Shown: positions 18,749 to 29,265 of the stretch, one piece after another
How positions within the stretch are numbered: the first letter of the stretch is position 1
How the letters are laid out: every line of letters starts with the position of its first letter
Translations under genes and position numbers: made by a program
The notes under the pieces: generated by a model
Told to the model about the DNA's origin: nothing
What the model saw: only the letters and a program-made list of their open reading frames with translations
Database searches by the model: none
Origin: Myxococcales bacterium
GTDB taxonomy: Bacteria; Desulfobacterota; Binatia; HRBIN30
Reading direction: 5' to 3'
Length of the DNA stretch: 64,000 bases
Assembly: GCA_037445065.1 (NCBI GenBank)
Contig: JBBILD010000017.1
Span: 15,419-79,418 of the forward strand

Positions 18749-18958
18749 ATGAAGGACGGGATTCACCCACAGTACGGACCTGCGAAGATCGTGTGCGCTT
18801 GTGGAAACGTCATCGAAACGCGTTCCACGAAGCCCCTGATCCATGTGGAAATTTGTTCCAATTGCCATCCCTTCTTCACGGGCAAGCAGAAGTTGGTGGA
18901 CACTGCTGGACGGGTCGAGCGGTACAAGAAGCGCTACAACTTGAACCAAGAAGCCTAG
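18749..18958 (+). CDS. rpmE: 50S ribosomal protein L31 (zinc-binding form)
   Basis: [21 protein letters not shown] and GRVERY motifs. Confidence 0.97.
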   Translation: MKDGIHPQYGPAKIVCACGNVIETRSTKPLIHVEICSNCHPFFTGKQKLVDTAGRVERYKKRYNLNQEA

Positions 18959-18984
18959 GCGACTTCGCGTCGCCTCGACGGATC

Positions 18985-19028
18985 GAAAAGGGCCCGGGAC
19001 GCTTTCCCCGCGCCCTTTTCTTTTGTTT
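18985..19028 (+). terminator. Rho-independent terminator after rpmE
   Basis: GAAAAGGGC...GCCCTTTTC stem with inner CGGG/CCCG, followed by TTTTGTTT. Confidence 0.7.
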
Positions 19029-19060
19029 CGGGGCAAGGCGCAAAGCGCGTTGCAGACAGG

Positions 19061-20128
19061 ATGCTGGAAAAACTCGAGGACGTCGAACGTCGCTATCACG
19101 AGTTAGAACAGTCGCTGCTCGAACCAGAGGTTCTGAGCAATCCGAAGGAGTACGCCCGCCTTTCCAAAGAGCACACAAACCTGCAACCCCTGGTTACCCT
19201 GTATCAGGAGTGGAAGTGGGTGCGCGACGACCTCGAGGGGCACAAAGAGCTTCTCGAGGCAGGTGACGAGGAGTTGCGCGAGCTTGCGAAGGCGGAGCTC
19301 CCTGCGCTGAAACAGCGCTTGCAGGAGATCGAACAAGAGTTGCGCAAGCTTTTGCTGCCGCGCGACCCGAACGATGAGCGCAACGTTGTGCTCGAGATCC
19401 GCGCCGCCACGGGCGGCGACGAAGCCACTCTGTTCGCCGCGGACTTGTTCCGCATGTACAGCCGTTTCGCGCAACGCAAGGGCTGGCGGGTGGAGGTGCT
19501 GAGTTCGAGCCCGAGCGACATCGGCGGATTCAAAGAAGTCATCGCCTTGATCGAAGGAAAAGGAGCGTACAGCCAGCTCAAATACGAAGGGGGTGTGCAC
19601 CGCGTACAGCGCGTGCCGGTGACGGAAGCCTCCGGGCGGATCCATACCTCCACTGTGACGGTGGCGGTGCTGCCCGAGGCGGAGGAAGTCGAGGTGGAGA
19701 TCGACGAAGCCAAAGACCTACGGATCGATGTGTTCCGCTCGTCCGGGCCGGGGGGGCAGAGCGTGAACACCACCGACTCGGCAGTGCGCATCACGCACTT
19801 GCCCACCGGGCTCGTGGTAGCCTGCCAGGACGAGAAGTCCCAACACAAGAACAAAGCGAAAGCCCTAAAGATCTTGCGGGCTCGCTTGCTGGAGCGGGCG
19901 CGCGCAGAGCAGCAGGCCGAAGTGGCGGAAAGCCGGCGCAGCATGGTCGGCACTGGCGAGCGCTCGGAGCGAATCCGTACCTACAATTTCCCGCAGGCGC
20001 GGGTTACCGACCACCGAATTAACCTGACGCTGTACGCCCTGGACCGTGTGTTGAACGGGGAACTCGAGCCGATCATTGATGCTTTGGTAACGCATTACCA
20101 AGCCGAGGCACTGAGGGCGGCAAGCTGA
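19061..20128 (+). CDS. prfA: Peptide chain release factor 1
   Basis: PVT anticodon-mimic motif, GPGGQ and [10 protein letters not shown]. Confidence 0.98.
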   Translation: MLEKLEDVERRYHELEQSLLEPEVLSNPKEYARLSKEHTNLQPLVTLYQEWKWVRDDLEGHKELLEAGDEELRELAKAELPALKQRLQEIEQELRKLLLPRDPNDERNVVLEIRAATGGDEATLFAADLFRMYSRFAQRKGWRVEVLSSSPSDIGGFKEVIALIEGKGAYSQLKYEGGVHRVQRVPVTEASGRIHTSTVTVAVLPEAEEVEVEIDEAKDLRIDVFRSSGPGGQSVNTTDSAVRITHLPTGLVVACQDEKSQHKNKAKALKILRARLLERARAEQQAEVAESRRSMVGTGERSERIRTYNFPQARVTDHRINLTLYALDRVLNGELEPIIDALVTHYQAEALRAAS

Positions 20129-20131
20129 AAG

Positions 20132-21025
20132 ATGATCTCTACGCAACTGCAAGACTCCGCCGAAGTGCCCGTCATCGTGACCCCGCGCGCCTGGGTGTTG
20201 CGAGCCGTACCGCGTCTTGCGAGCGCGGGCACAGATTCGCCCCGCTTAGTCGCGGAAGCCCTCCTGCAGGCCGCATTGGGCGTGGACCGCGCTGGCTTGT
20301 ACGCGATGTGGACTTCGCCGCTGCCCGCACACGCGCTGGGCTCCCTCCGGTCCTTGCTTGAGCGCGCGTGCAAGCGCGAGCCGCTTGCGTACATCACCGG
20401 CGAAAAAGAGTTCTGGGGTCGCTCCTTTCGCGTGGATCCTTCCGTCCTGGTGCCGCGCCCCGAAACCGAGTTGGTCGTCGAGTGGGCCCTACGCTTGTTT
20501 CCAGAGGGGCGCCGCGGTGCTGCGCTGACCGTGCTCGATGCGGGCACCGGCAGCGGCTGCCTAGCCGTGACGCTAGCCGCGGAGTGGCCGGGGGCGCGTG
20601 TGATTGCGACTGATCGGTCGGCCCGTGCCCTGGCGGTCGCCAGAGAAAACGCGTTGCGCTGGGGCGTGCAGGACCGCGTTCACATCGCGTGCGCGCACTG
20701 GCTAGAGGCTCTGGGAGGGGGCCGATTTGCCCTGATCGTGTCGAATCCGCCGTACTTGAACCGCGCCGAGCTGCAAGAGGCCGCGCCGGAGCTGGGCTAC
20801 GAGCCGAAGCTGGCGTTGGACGGTGGCGAGGATGGACTGACCGCCATCCGTGCCGTGATCGCAGGAGCGGCACGCTGCCTGGCACCGCGGGGCTGGCTCT
20901 TGCTGGAAATGGGCTGCCTGCAACGTTCAGCGGTGGGAGCGTTGGCCCGGCAGGCCGGGGCACGAGAAATTGCGGTGGAAGAGGATCTCTCAGGCTTGCC
21001 CCGTTTATTGCGGGCTCGGTGGTGA
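20132..21025 (+). CDS. prmC: Release factor glutamine methyltransferase
   Basis: [24 protein letters not shown] and NPPY motifs; follows prfA. Confidence 0.95.
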   Translation: MISTQLQDSAEVPVIVTPRAWVLRAVPRLASAGTDSPRLVAEALLQAALGVDRAGLYAMWTSPLPAHALGSLRSLLERACKREPLAYITGEKEFWGRSFRVDPSVLVPRPETELVVEWALRLFPEGRRGAALTVLDAGTGSGCLAVTLAAEWPGARVIATDRSARALAVARENALRWGVQDRVHIACAHWLEALGGGRFALIVSNPPYLNRAELQEAAPELGYEPKLALDGGEDGLTAIRAVIAGAARCLAPRGWLLLEMGCLQRSAVGALARQAGAREIAVEEDLSGLPRLLRARW

Positions 21026-21029
21026 GGCG

Positions 21030-22292
21030 ATGGATCGAATCGTGGTCGAAGGTGGATACCGGCTGGCGGGAGAGGTTGCCATAGAGGGTGCCAAAAACGC
21101 TGCCCTGCCACTCCTGTTTGCATCGTTGCTCACGCGCGAGCCCTGCTGTTTGCGCAATGTGCCCGACGTGGTGGATGTGCGCACCGCATTGCGCTTGCTG
21201 CAAGACCTGGGAGCACGGGTGCAACGGCAGGGAGACACCGTGTGGGTAGAGGCGCGCGAACTGACCTCGATCGAGGCCCCCTACGATTTGGTGAAAACCA
21301 TGCGTGCCTCCTTCCTCGTGCTCGGCCCACTCCTGGCTCGTTGCGGCGAGGCGCGGGTCTCGACTCCCGGTGGCTGCGCGATCGGCGCGCGCCCGGTGAA
21401 TCTGCACTTGGAAGGTCTACAACGACTGGGTGCGGAAGTGCAGATCGTGCATGGCTACGCCGAGGCACGCGCTGGCCGTTTACGCGGGAGTACGATTTAT
21501 CTCGACACGCCCTCAGTGGGCGCCACCGAGCACTTGATGATGGTGGCCAGCGTGGCCGAGGGTACCACCCGCATCGAGAACGCCGCGCGCGAACCGGAGG
21601 TGGCGGATTTGGCCGGTGCACTCAATGCGATGGGCGCCCGCATTACGGGGGCCGGGGAAGATGTCATCACGATCGACGGAGTGCCGGAACTGCACGGTGC
21701 TGACTACACCGTCCTCCCCGACCGCATCGAAGCGGGCACCTTCCTGATTGCGGGAGCCATGACCGCAGGCGCGGTGTTTGCGCGCGGAGCCCGACCAGAA
21801 CACTTGCACGCGCTGATTCTCAAGTTGCGCGAGGCTGGTGTGGATGTAGAGGAAGACACGGCTGGGGTGCACGTGAGGGCGAACCGACGCTTGCGCTCGG
21901 TGGACATCAAGACCATGCCGTACCCAGGTTTCCCCACCGACCTGCAAGCGCAGTTCATGGCCGCCATGACCCTCGCGGACGGACGTGCCGTGATCACGGA
22001 GACGATTTTCGAGAATCGCTTCCTGCACGCTGTGGAACTGAGCCGCTTGGGAGCGGAGATCCGGGTAACCGGGAACACGGCGGTGGTCCGTGGGGTGGAG
22101 AAGCTCACGGGTGCGCCGGTGATGGCCACCGACTTGCGCGCTAGCGTCTCGCTCGTGCTCGCCGGCTTGGCGGCGGAGGGAACTACGGAGGTCTCCCGCG
22201 TCTACCACCTAGACCGCGGCTACGCTCGGCTCGAGCAGAAACTGGCGCAGCTCGGCGCGCGCATCGAGCGCCGCACGGACAAGAAAGGATAA
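21030..22292 (+). CDS. murA: UDP-N-acetylglucosamine 1-carboxyvinyltransferase
   Basis: [30 protein letters not shown] and HLDRGY motifs. Confidence 0.98.
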   Translation: MDRIVVEGGYRLAGEVAIEGAKNAALPLLFASLLTREPCCLRNVPDVVDVRTALRLLQDLGARVQRQGDTVWVEARELTSIEAPYDLVKTMRASFLVLGPLLARCGEARVSTPGGCAIGARPVNLHLEGLQRLGAEVQIVHGYAEARAGRLRGSTIYLDTPSVGATEHLMMVASVAEGTTRIENAAREPEVADLAGALNAMGARITGAGEDVITIDGVPELHGADYTVLPDRIEAGTFLIAGAMTAGAVFARGARPEHLHALILKLREAGVDVEEDTAGVHVRANRRLRSVDIKTMPYPGFPTDLQAQFMAAMTLADGRAVITETIFENRFLHAVELSRLGAEIRVTGNTAVVRGVEKLTGAPVMATDLRASVSLVLAGLAAEGTTEVSRVYHLDRGYARLEQKLAQLGARIERRTDKKG

Positions 22293-22296
22293 ATCC

Positions 22297-23625
22297 ATGC
22301 TGGTGCCCATTCTGACCACGACCGAGGAGGGGTTTCGCGCCTCGTTCGACGCTTTGCGCGCGCGCGCGCAAAGCGATCGCCGAGTGGAAGCGCAGGCGCG
22401 GCGGATTGTCGAACAGGTCCGTCGGGGTGGTGACCGAGCCTTGTTCTCCCTCATTCGCCGCTTCGATGGGGTTTCGCTCTCACGCAAGGACTTGTGCATC
22501 GAACAGCCGGCACTGGCCGCGGCGCTCGCCTCGCTCCCCCGAGCCCAGCGGCGTGCCCTCGAGCTTGCCGCTCGCCGCATCGAAGCGTTTCACCGTAAGC
22601 AACGGGACGCATCCTGGTCGTTTCGCGACTCGCTAGGCTTTACCCTTGGGCAAAAACTCATCCCGCTCGAGCGGGTAGGGATCTATGTGCCGGGTGGGCA
22701 CGCGGCGTATCCCTCCTCGGTCTTGATGAACGCGATCCCGGCGCGGGTGGCTGGGGTACGGGAAGTCGTGATGGCGACGCCAAGTGGCAGTAGTGGGCCG
22801 AGTACGGCCGTGCTCGCGGCGGCGGCATTGGCAGGAGTGGATCGGGTGTACCGCATGGGTGGCGCACACGCGATTGCCGCTTTGGCGTGCGGCACGGAGT
22901 CGGTGCCAAAGGTGGACAAGATCAGCGGGCCAGGCAACGCCTGGGTGCAGGCCGCCAAGCGCCTTGTGTTCGGCATCGTCGGTATCGAAGGGGTTGCTGG
23001 CCCGAGCGAAGTTTTGGTGATCGCCGACGATAGCGCCGATCCCGCCTTCGTTGCCGCAGATTTACTCGCGCAAGCAGAGCACGGTAGCGGAGACGAAACG
23101 GCCCTTTTGCTCACCGACTGCCGCGCGCATGCGATTGCGGTGCAGGCCGAAATCGCACGCCAGCTCCGTGACCTCCCGCGCCGCAGGGCGATTGCGCGCG
23201 TGCTCCGCCGCGGCGCGGCGCTGATCGTGGTCCGCGACTTGGACGAAGCTGTGCTCCTGGCAAATGAGGTTGCCCCCGAACACCTGGAACTGATGGTGCG
23301 AAAGCCACGTCGCTACCTTCCGCAACTCCGTAACGCTGGCGCGATCTTCGTCGGGCCGTTCGCCCCGGCCCCGCTGGGCGATTACGTGGCGGGGCCGAAC
23401 CACGTCCTACCCACAGGTGGCACCGCGCGCTTCTTCTCGCCCCTCGGCGTGTATGACTTCGTCAAGCGTACCACGATTGTAGAAGCGAGCGAACGCGCTC
23501 TGGCGAAGGTGGCATCGGCAATCTCGACTCTGGCCGAAATGGAAGGCTATGAAGCCCATGCCGCGGCGGTGCGCCTGCGCTTGGGCGGCGCTGCGTTGAC
23601 GCCCGGCAAGCGAGCGAAGCGATGA
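22297..23625 (+). CDS. hisD: Histidinol dehydrogenase
   Basis: YVPGG, GPGN, AGPSE, QAEH, PEHLE and GDYVAGPNHVLPT motifs. Confidence 0.97.
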   Translation: MLVPILTTTEEGFRASFDALRARAQSDRRVEAQARRIVEQVRRGGDRALFSLIRRFDGVSLSRKDLCIEQPALAAALASLPRAQRRALELAARRIEAFHRKQRDASWSFRDSLGFTLGQKLIPLERVGIYVPGGHAAYPSSVLMNAIPARVAGVREVVMATPSGSSGPSTAVLAAAALAGVDRVYRMGGAHAIAALACGTESVPKVDKISGPGNAWVQAAKRLVFGIVGIEGVAGPSEVLVIADDSADPAFVAADLLAQAEHGSGDETALLLTDCRAHAIAVQAEIARQLRDLPRRRAIARVLRRGAALIVVRDLDEAVLLANEVAPEHLELMVRKPRRYLPQLRNAGAIFVGPFAPAPLGDYVAGPNHVLPTGGTARFFSPLGVYDFVKRTTIVEASERALAKVASAISTLAEMEGYEAHAAAVRLRLGGAALTPGKRAKR

Positions 23626-24251
23626 CAAAGAACAAGAAAGCGAACTCGGTCGGGAGTGGAACTGTCCGCCGCATTGCTTCAGTGCGCCGGCAAACCAAGG
23701 AAACCGAGATTCTCTTGCGGCTCGAACTCGATGGCAGCGGACAGGCGCAAGTGCAGACCGGCATTGGCTTTTTGGACCACATGCTCGACACTCTCGCGCG
23801 GCACGGCTTTCTGGACCTCGAACTTACCGCCAAAGGTGATTTGCACGTGGATCAGCACCACACGGTGGAGGACGTGGGTCTGGCCCTGGGCCAAGCGCTC
23901 AAACAAGCACTCGGCAGCAAGCGAGGGATTCGCCGCTTTGGGAGCGCAGCGTGCCCATTGGACGAAGCCCTCGTGCAAGCGGTGGTAGACCTCAGCGGGC
24001 GGCCGTACTTGCACTACGGCCTCAACATTCGCGCTGCTCGCGTTGGTACCTTCGACACCGAGCTCGTGCATGACTTCATGCTCGCCTTGGTCAACGAGGC
24101 AGGCATGAACCTGCACCTCTTGCAGAACTCCGGTCGAAATGCCCACCACATTATCGAGGCCGCCTTCAAAGCGTTGGCGCGAGCGCTCGACGAGGCCAAG
24201 CAGCTCGACCCCCGTGTGATCGGTGTTCCCTCCACGAAAGGCAGTTTATGA
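23622..24251 (+). CDS. hisB: Imidazoleglycerol-phosphate dehydratase
   Basis: FLDHML, DQHHTVED, NAHHIIEA and PSTKG motifs. Confidence 0.97.
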   Translation: MTKNKKANSVGSGTVRRIASVRRQTKETEILLRLELDGSGQAQVQTGIGFLDHMLDTLARHGFLDLELTAKGDLHVDQHHTVEDVGLALGQALKQALGSKRGIRRFGSAACPLDEALVQAVVDLSGRPYLHYGLNIRAARVGTFDTELVHDFMLALVNEAGMNLHLLQNSGRNAHHIIEAAFKALARALDEAKQLDPRVIGVPSTKGSL

Positions 24252-24868
24252 TCGCCGTCATTGATTACGGCATGGGGAACCTGCGTTCCGTAGCTAAAGC
24301 CTTGGAACGGGTCGGGGCGCAGGTGGAGGTGACCTCCGACCCGAGTCGGATCCGCGCCGCCAGCGGCGTCGTGCTCCCCGGGGTGGGAGCGTTTGGCGCT
24401 TGTATGCAGAACCTGCAGGAGCGGGGATTGGAGCCCGTTGTGCGCGAGGTGATCGAGCGCGGCACGCCGTTTTTCGGCATTTGCTTGGGCATGCAGCTCC
24501 TGTTCGAAGAAAGCGAAGAGTTCGGCAGGGTGCGCGGGCTCGGCGTGCTGCGCGGACGAGTGGTGCGGTTTCCAGAGCGCAAGGACTTGCTCGTTCCGCA
24601 CATGGGGTGGAATCAGATTCGGGTGTGCGCGGACGCACCTCATCTGCGCGGGATCAGCACGGGGGCATACGTGTATTTCGTCCATTCGTATTACGCGCTT
24701 CCTGCGGACGCGAAGGTGGTAGCCACCACCACCGACTATGGTGGTGAATTCGCCTCCGCCGTGTGGTCGGGCAACGTCTTCGCTACCCAGTACCACCCAG
24801 AAAAGAGTCAGCGTGTGGGTCTGCAACTGTTGCGCAATTTTGTCGAGCGGGTTGCAGGAGCACATTGA
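24248..24868 (+). CDS. hisH: Imidazole glycerol phosphate synthase glutaminase subunit
   Basis: GICLGMQ, PHMGWN, YFVHSY and QYHPEKS motifs. Confidence 0.97.
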   Translation: MIAVIDYGMGNLRSVAKALERVGAQVEVTSDPSRIRAASGVVLPGVGAFGACMQNLQERGLEPVVREVIERGTPFFGICLGMQLLFEESEEFGRVRGLGVLRGRVVRFPERKDLLVPHMGWNQIRVCADAPHLRGISTGAYVYFVHSYYALPADAKVVATTTDYGGEFASAVWSGNVFATQYHPEKSQRVGLQLLRNFVERVAGAH

Positions 24869-24880
24869 GAGTTTTGGGTC

Positions 24881-25621
24881 ATGGCAAAGATGCGCGTGCT
24901 GCCTGCGATTGATTTGAAAGAGGGGAAATGTGTTCGCTTGTTGCGGGGCGAGTGGGAACAGGAAACGGTGTACGGGAGCGATCCCGTTGCGATGGCCCAG
25001 CATTGGGTCCAATTGGGGGCAGAGTACTTGCACGTGGTGGATTTGGACGCGGCGGTGCGTGGGAGCGACGGGAATGCCGCCATCATCGAACGACTGTGCC
25101 GGGAGCTTCCCGTGCCGTTGGAAGTAGGGGGTGGAGTCCGGTCCATCTCCCGAGCCGAACACTTGTTGGAGTTGGGAGCGGCGCGGGTCATCTTTGGGAC
25201 AGCGGCGTTGTCCGACCCTGAAACGGTGCGGGAAGCGTGCCGCCGCTTTCCCGGGCGTATCGCGGTAGGCATTGATGCGCGAGGCGGCCGGGTCGCCGTG
25301 CAAGGTTGGGTGGAGACCTCGGAGCGAACCGCCACAGAACTCGCCCGTGAGGTCGAAGAATGGGGTGCCTGCCGGATCATTTTTACGGACATCGAACGGG
25401 ACGGAACACTGAGCGGGGTGAACGTCACCACGACCTGCGCACTGGCCCGGGAGGTCCGCTTGCCGGTGACCGCTTCTGGCGGTGTCGGTTCGCTCGCGGA
25501 TATTCGGCGGCTGTACGCGGAGGGCCCGGAGAATCTCGATGAGGTCATCGTCGGGCGCGCCTTATACGCTGGAGCGGTGTCGCTTCCCGAGGCCGTCCGG
25601 GTCGCCCGCGGAGAGAGTTGA
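24881..25621 (+). CDS. hisA: ProFAR isomerase HisA
   Basis: PAIDL, HVVDLD, GGGVR, TDIERDG and ASGG motifs. Confidence 0.97.
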   Translation: MAKMRVLPAIDLKEGKCVRLLRGEWEQETVYGSDPVAMAQHWVQLGAEYLHVVDLDAAVRGSDGNAAIIERLCRELPVPLEVGGGVRSISRAEHLLELGAARVIFGTAALSDPETVREACRRFPGRIAVGIDARGGRVAVQGWVETSERTATELAREVEEWGACRIIFTDIERDGTLSGVNVTTTCALAREVRLPVTASGGVGSLADIRRLYAEGPENLDEVIVGRALYAGAVSLPEAVRVARGES

Positions 25622-25631
25622 GAAAAGCGCC

Positions 25632-26399
25632 ATGCTGGCGAAACGGATTATTCCTTGCCTGGATGTGAAGGACGGGCGCGTGGTCAAGGGCGTCAACTTC
25701 GTTGGCTTGCGGGACGCCGGAGATCCAGTGGAAATCGCCCAACGCTACGAGGAAGAAGAGGCAGACGAACTGGTCTTTCTCGATATCACCGCCTCGCACG
25801 AGCGGCGGCGGATTTTGCTCGACGTCGTTCGGCGGACCGCGGAAACCGTCTTCATGCCACTCACGGTCGGGGGTGGGGTGCGAACCCTCCAGGATGTGCG
25901 CGACCTGCTGAATGCGGGCGCGGACAAGGTCTCCATCAACACGGCGGCAGTGGAGAATGCCGATTTCGTTGCACTGGCCGCCGAGAAGTTCGGCAGTCAG
26001 TGCGTGGTGGTAGCCATTGATGCCAAGCGAGTTCCCGGATCCGAGCCTCCTCGTTGGGAGGTGTACACGCACGGCGGGCGGACCCCCACAGGGATCGATG
26101 CGGTCCGCTGGGCCGTGCAGATGGCCGCAGCCGGGGCTGGCGAAATTCTGCTCACCAGCATGGATCGGGATGGGACTCGCGATGGCTACGATCTCGAGTT
26201 GACCGCCGCCGTTGCCAATCACGTGCACGTTCCCGTGGTGGCTTCCGGGGGCGCGGGGAACTTGCATCACATTTATGAGGGCTTGGTCCTGGGTCGAGCC
26301 TCGGCTGCACTGGCAGCTTCGATTTTTCACTTCCGCGAGTACACGATTCGCCAGTGCAAAGAGTACCTCGCAGAGCGAGGGGTGCCTGTGCGACGGTGA
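25632..26399 (+). CDS. hisF: Imidazole glycerol phosphate synthase cyclase subunit
   Basis: [22 protein letters not shown] and ALAASIFH motifs. Confidence 0.98.
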   Translation: MLAKRIIPCLDVKDGRVVKGVNFVGLRDAGDPVEIAQRYEEEEADELVFLDITASHERRRILLDVVRRTAETVFMPLTVGGGVRTLQDVRDLLNAGADKVSINTAAVENADFVALAAEKFGSQCVVVAIDAKRVPGSEPPRWEVYTHGGRTPTGIDAVRWAVQMAAAGAGEILLTSMDRDGTRDGYDLELTAAVANHVHVPVVASGGAGNLHHIYEGLVLGRASAALAASIFHFREYTIRQCKEYLAERGVPVRR

Positions 26400-26430
26400 A
26401 GGCGTGCACTGGGCGGTTTGCACGCAGGGC

Positions 26431-26850
26431 AAGGAGGGCGACAGCGCAGCGAAGGCGAGAAGACGAGCGAGAGACGGCCTCCGCAGCGGCCGTCGGATCC
26501 TGCGCCCGGTTCTCTTCGACCGAGTGCGCGGCCTCGTGGTATACGGGAGCGCGCTGACCCGCGCCTAAGTATCCGGACCGTCAGACTTCAACTTTCTGGT
26601 TGCCGTCAACGGGCCGAAGCCATCCGACAAGCGGAACTTGGCTCGGAACCGGAAACCCTGGAAACAAACCCGCGATCTGGCCCACTGCTCGGGCGCTCGG
26701 CAAGTGCAGACTGAGCCGCCGATGGAGTGCTTTGCTCGAGGTTCGGCGTTTTGCTGCAGACGGTTTGCCGCAAGTGGGTCGCCTTTGGTTGGGCGCCGTG
26801 CGCTTGGCACGGGAAGCGGAGCGCAAGCTCTCCGTTCGCGTGTACCGAAG
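26431..26850 (+). pseudogene. Decayed Pol-beta-type nucleotidyltransferase
   Basis: One frame reads VRGLVVYGSALTRA*VSGPSDFNFLVAV: a GS...SDxN motif with an in-frame TAA at 26566-26568. Probable frameshift near 26730. RBS AAGGAGG at 26431 has no start codon after it. Confidence 0.65.
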
Positions 26851-26984
26851 CACTGGAACCGCGCGGCAACGGAGACACAATCGGGCCGGCGTGGGCACGT
26901 CCGCGCCGCGCCCGCAAACCCGACTGATGCGGCCCCAATGCAAAGAAGTAGCCGCGGCCGGAAGGGAACTGGCTCTTTGCCCGA

Positions 26985-28106
26985 TTAGCAGCCGTCGGAA
27001 GCTGGCATTGGCGGCGGCTGGCTACTGCAAGCGCAAGCGCGCGCACGCGTTCCGCTGGTTGGCTCCAGGGCACCGCTCTGACCCGCCGGCCGCTGGCGGC
27101 CGAGGGCGGTCCAAAGGTGTTCTCGTACGGCTGCGAAAGGTCGTTGGAACAGCAGATTGAACTCGAGCATCGGGCCGACCACGCAGCGAGTGCAAGGTGT
27201 GCGGCGATCCCAGGCCTTGGCCCAGTCGTCTGCAAGCAAATCCACGCCGGTCACTTTGCCCTTGGTATACGCACAGGGGTACGCACGCCCCTGCGGATCG
27301 ATGTAAAGGAAGCCTCTCCCTGCCGCACAGCGCTGAGTCGGATCGAAAACGGCGGAGATCGAAAAATCCGGCCACCGACTCACGACCTCCAAATACGCGA
27401 GCGAACTCGCGATCGGGCGCCCGCGCCGTTTCTGTTCGATCAGAGCCCGCCAAAAGCTCTGCCAGCGCTGGTGCGGGACGGTCGGATCCGATTTGCCGCG
27501 CACGAGTTCAGTCTCCACGCAGCGCGGTTGGAAGTGCACACGAAAGCCGCCTTTGTCTGCTTGGGTGAGTAGGTATTCGGCCTCGGTCAGGTTGTGCTCG
27601 GTGACCACACAGATCGCTACCACCGGGACGCCGCGGCGAACCAGCTCACGTGCTGCCTTGATGACCTGTTCGGCGCGCCCGTCGCCGCGCGCACGAGCGT
27701 GCGCGCTCGGCGTACCGTCGAGACTCGTGTACACGAGGTTCGCCTCGGCCAGACTCTCCCCGCGGCGTTCGAATAAGCTCAGATTCGAGTTCACGCTCAC
27801 CCAAAAGCCGAAGCGGCGAGCGAGTTGCAAAACGGTAGGAAAGTCCTGGCGAACAAGCGGCTCCCCTCCTGCTAATCCGAGTCGTCGCACTCCCATGTTC
27901 CGCAGCCGGGAAAACAGTTTCTCGATCTGTTCGATCGGGAGATCATGCGGATCGAGAAACGGACTGTTGCAATAACTGCAGCGCAAATTGCACCGGTTGG
28001 TCACCGCGAAAGTGGCGGAGAAAGCCCGCGGTGCTCCGTCAATGTGAAACGCGAGCAGGCTGCGCAAATAGGCCGCGCCAAGGGCAAGTGGTTCAACCAA
28101 TCGCAT
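26985..28106 (-). CDS. Radical SAM protein with twitch/SPASM-like C-terminal Cys motif
   Basis: TNRCNLRCSYC and GGEPL motifs; C-terminal CAAGRGFLYIDPQGRAYPC...PCTRC. Confidence 0.9.
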   Translation of the reverse strand: MRLVEPLALGAAYLRSLLAFHIDGAPRAFSATFAVTNRCNLRCSYCNSPFLDPHDLPIEQIEKLFSRLRNMGVRRLGLAGGEPLVRQDFPTVLQLARRFGFWVSVNSNLSLFERRGESLAEANLVYTSLDGTPSAHARARGDGRAEQVIKAARELVRRGVPVVAICVVTEHNLTEAEYLLTQADKGGFRVHFQPRCVETELVRGKSDPTVPHQRWQSFWRALIEQKRRGRPIASSLAYLEVVSRWPDFSISAVFDPTQRCAAGRGFLYIDPQGRAYPCAYTKGKVTGVDLLADDWAKAWDRRTPCTRCVVGPMLEFNLLFQRPFAAVREHLWTALGRQRPAGQSGALEPTSGTRARACACSSQPPPMPASDGC

Positions 28107-28956
28107 CGAATTCCCTCAGCAGCGCAAGCCACAAGACGGCAAAGTAGGCTTTGGTCAGCAGCCAGCCGGTTTGCGGGTTGGAGCAAACGAAGTGAGGGAG
28201 CAAGGGAAGAAAAGCGGACGCGGCGACTGCCCAATGCGCACCGAAAAACGATTTCGACACAAGTGCGAGCAGGGTGCAACAGGCAGCGAGCAAAAGCGGC
28301 ACCGCCTGGGGCGCTGCGGCGGCTGAGGTGCGAACCCCGTTGCGGGCATCCACCACCCGGTCGCTCGCCGTCTGGTAAACGTGGCAAACCGCGGTCATCA
28401 GTCCCACCACCGCCAGCAGAGGCCAGGGCGGCCTCACAATTGCGGCGTATGTGGCGCCCCAAAGCCCGCACCAAACGACGTCCAGCAACGGCACTGCCTT
28501 GAGCGAAAACGAATACAATGCGTTGACTGCCAGCACCGCGGCCACCGCGAACGCTGAGGGCAACCCGCCCCCCACCCAAGCAAGAAGCAGCGAGCCACTC
28601 GAGAGCAACAGAAGCACGAGTGCCACCTGCTTGCGGTAGGCGAGATGCGCTTCCACCAGCCAGCGGTTTTTCCGCGGGTTGTTGGTGTCGCCTGCCGCGT
28701 CCCACGAGTCGTTGAAGCCATAGAGTGCGGTCAGCACCAACAGCGACGCCAGCACCAGCGCAGTGGCTTCTCCAAGATGCGGTTCGCCAATGGCAAGCCA
28801 CGACACGTTCACCGCTAGCAGGGCCCCTTCCAGGCGACGCAAACGGTCCACTAGCGAACCGAACACGGCTGTGAACCCGTAAGCAACACGGACCCGACCC
28901 GCACGGAGCGGGTTCGCGCGCGCGCGAGCCACCGTCGGGCCGACCAACGACGCCAT
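28093..28956 (-). CDS. UbiA-family prenyltransferase-like membrane protein
   Basis: YGFNDSWDAAGD..NPRKNR (NDxxDxxxD) and DRVVDARNGVRT motifs, multiple TM segments. Alternative GTG start at 29022. Confidence 0.8.
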   Translation of the reverse strand: MASLVGPTVARARANPLRAGRVRVAYGFTAVFGSLVDRLRRLEGALLAVNVSWLAIGEPHLGEATALVLASLLVLTALYGFNDSWDAAGDTNNPRKNRWLVEAHLAYRKQVALVLLLLSSGSLLLAWVGGGLPSAFAVAAVLAVNALYSFSLKAVPLLDVVWCGLWGATYAAIVRPPWPLLAVVGLMTAVCHVYQTASDRVVDARNGVRTSAAAAPQAVPLLLAACCTLLALVSKSFFGAHWAVAASAFLPLLPHFVCSNPQTGWLLTKAYFAVLWLALLREFDAIG

Positions 28957-29045
28957 CGTCAGGCATCGTACTGCCGTGATGATCAGGGAATCAATAGCGT
29001 TGCCGTTGCTCTGGGTGTCCACACAAATGTGGTTTTCGTCCTTAG

Positions 29046-29183
29046 GAGCCTGTCAGACAAAAACCGAGTCTGAGTTTCGTGCGCTCGTATGAGCGCATTA
29101 CACCGAAGTCTTGTCGCCCAGAAGCGATTTGCCTGCGGATAACTGCTTGTATGAGGGTTGGCTGCGCATACTCGGACAGGCTC
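29046..29183. mobile_element. 138-bp MITE-like element
   Basis: Terminal inverted repeats GAGCCTGTCAGA (29046-29057) and TCGGACAGGCTC (29172-29183), 11/12 match. Flanked by a TTAG direct repeat at 29042-29045 and 29184-29187. No transposase. Confidence 0.7.
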
Positions 29184-29265
29184 TTAGGCTCTTCGCTCGA
29201 AGCATTGTGATCTAGAGAAGAGGCTGCGCCCGGGAATTGACCGAAACGGCTAATGCCAGTTACGG

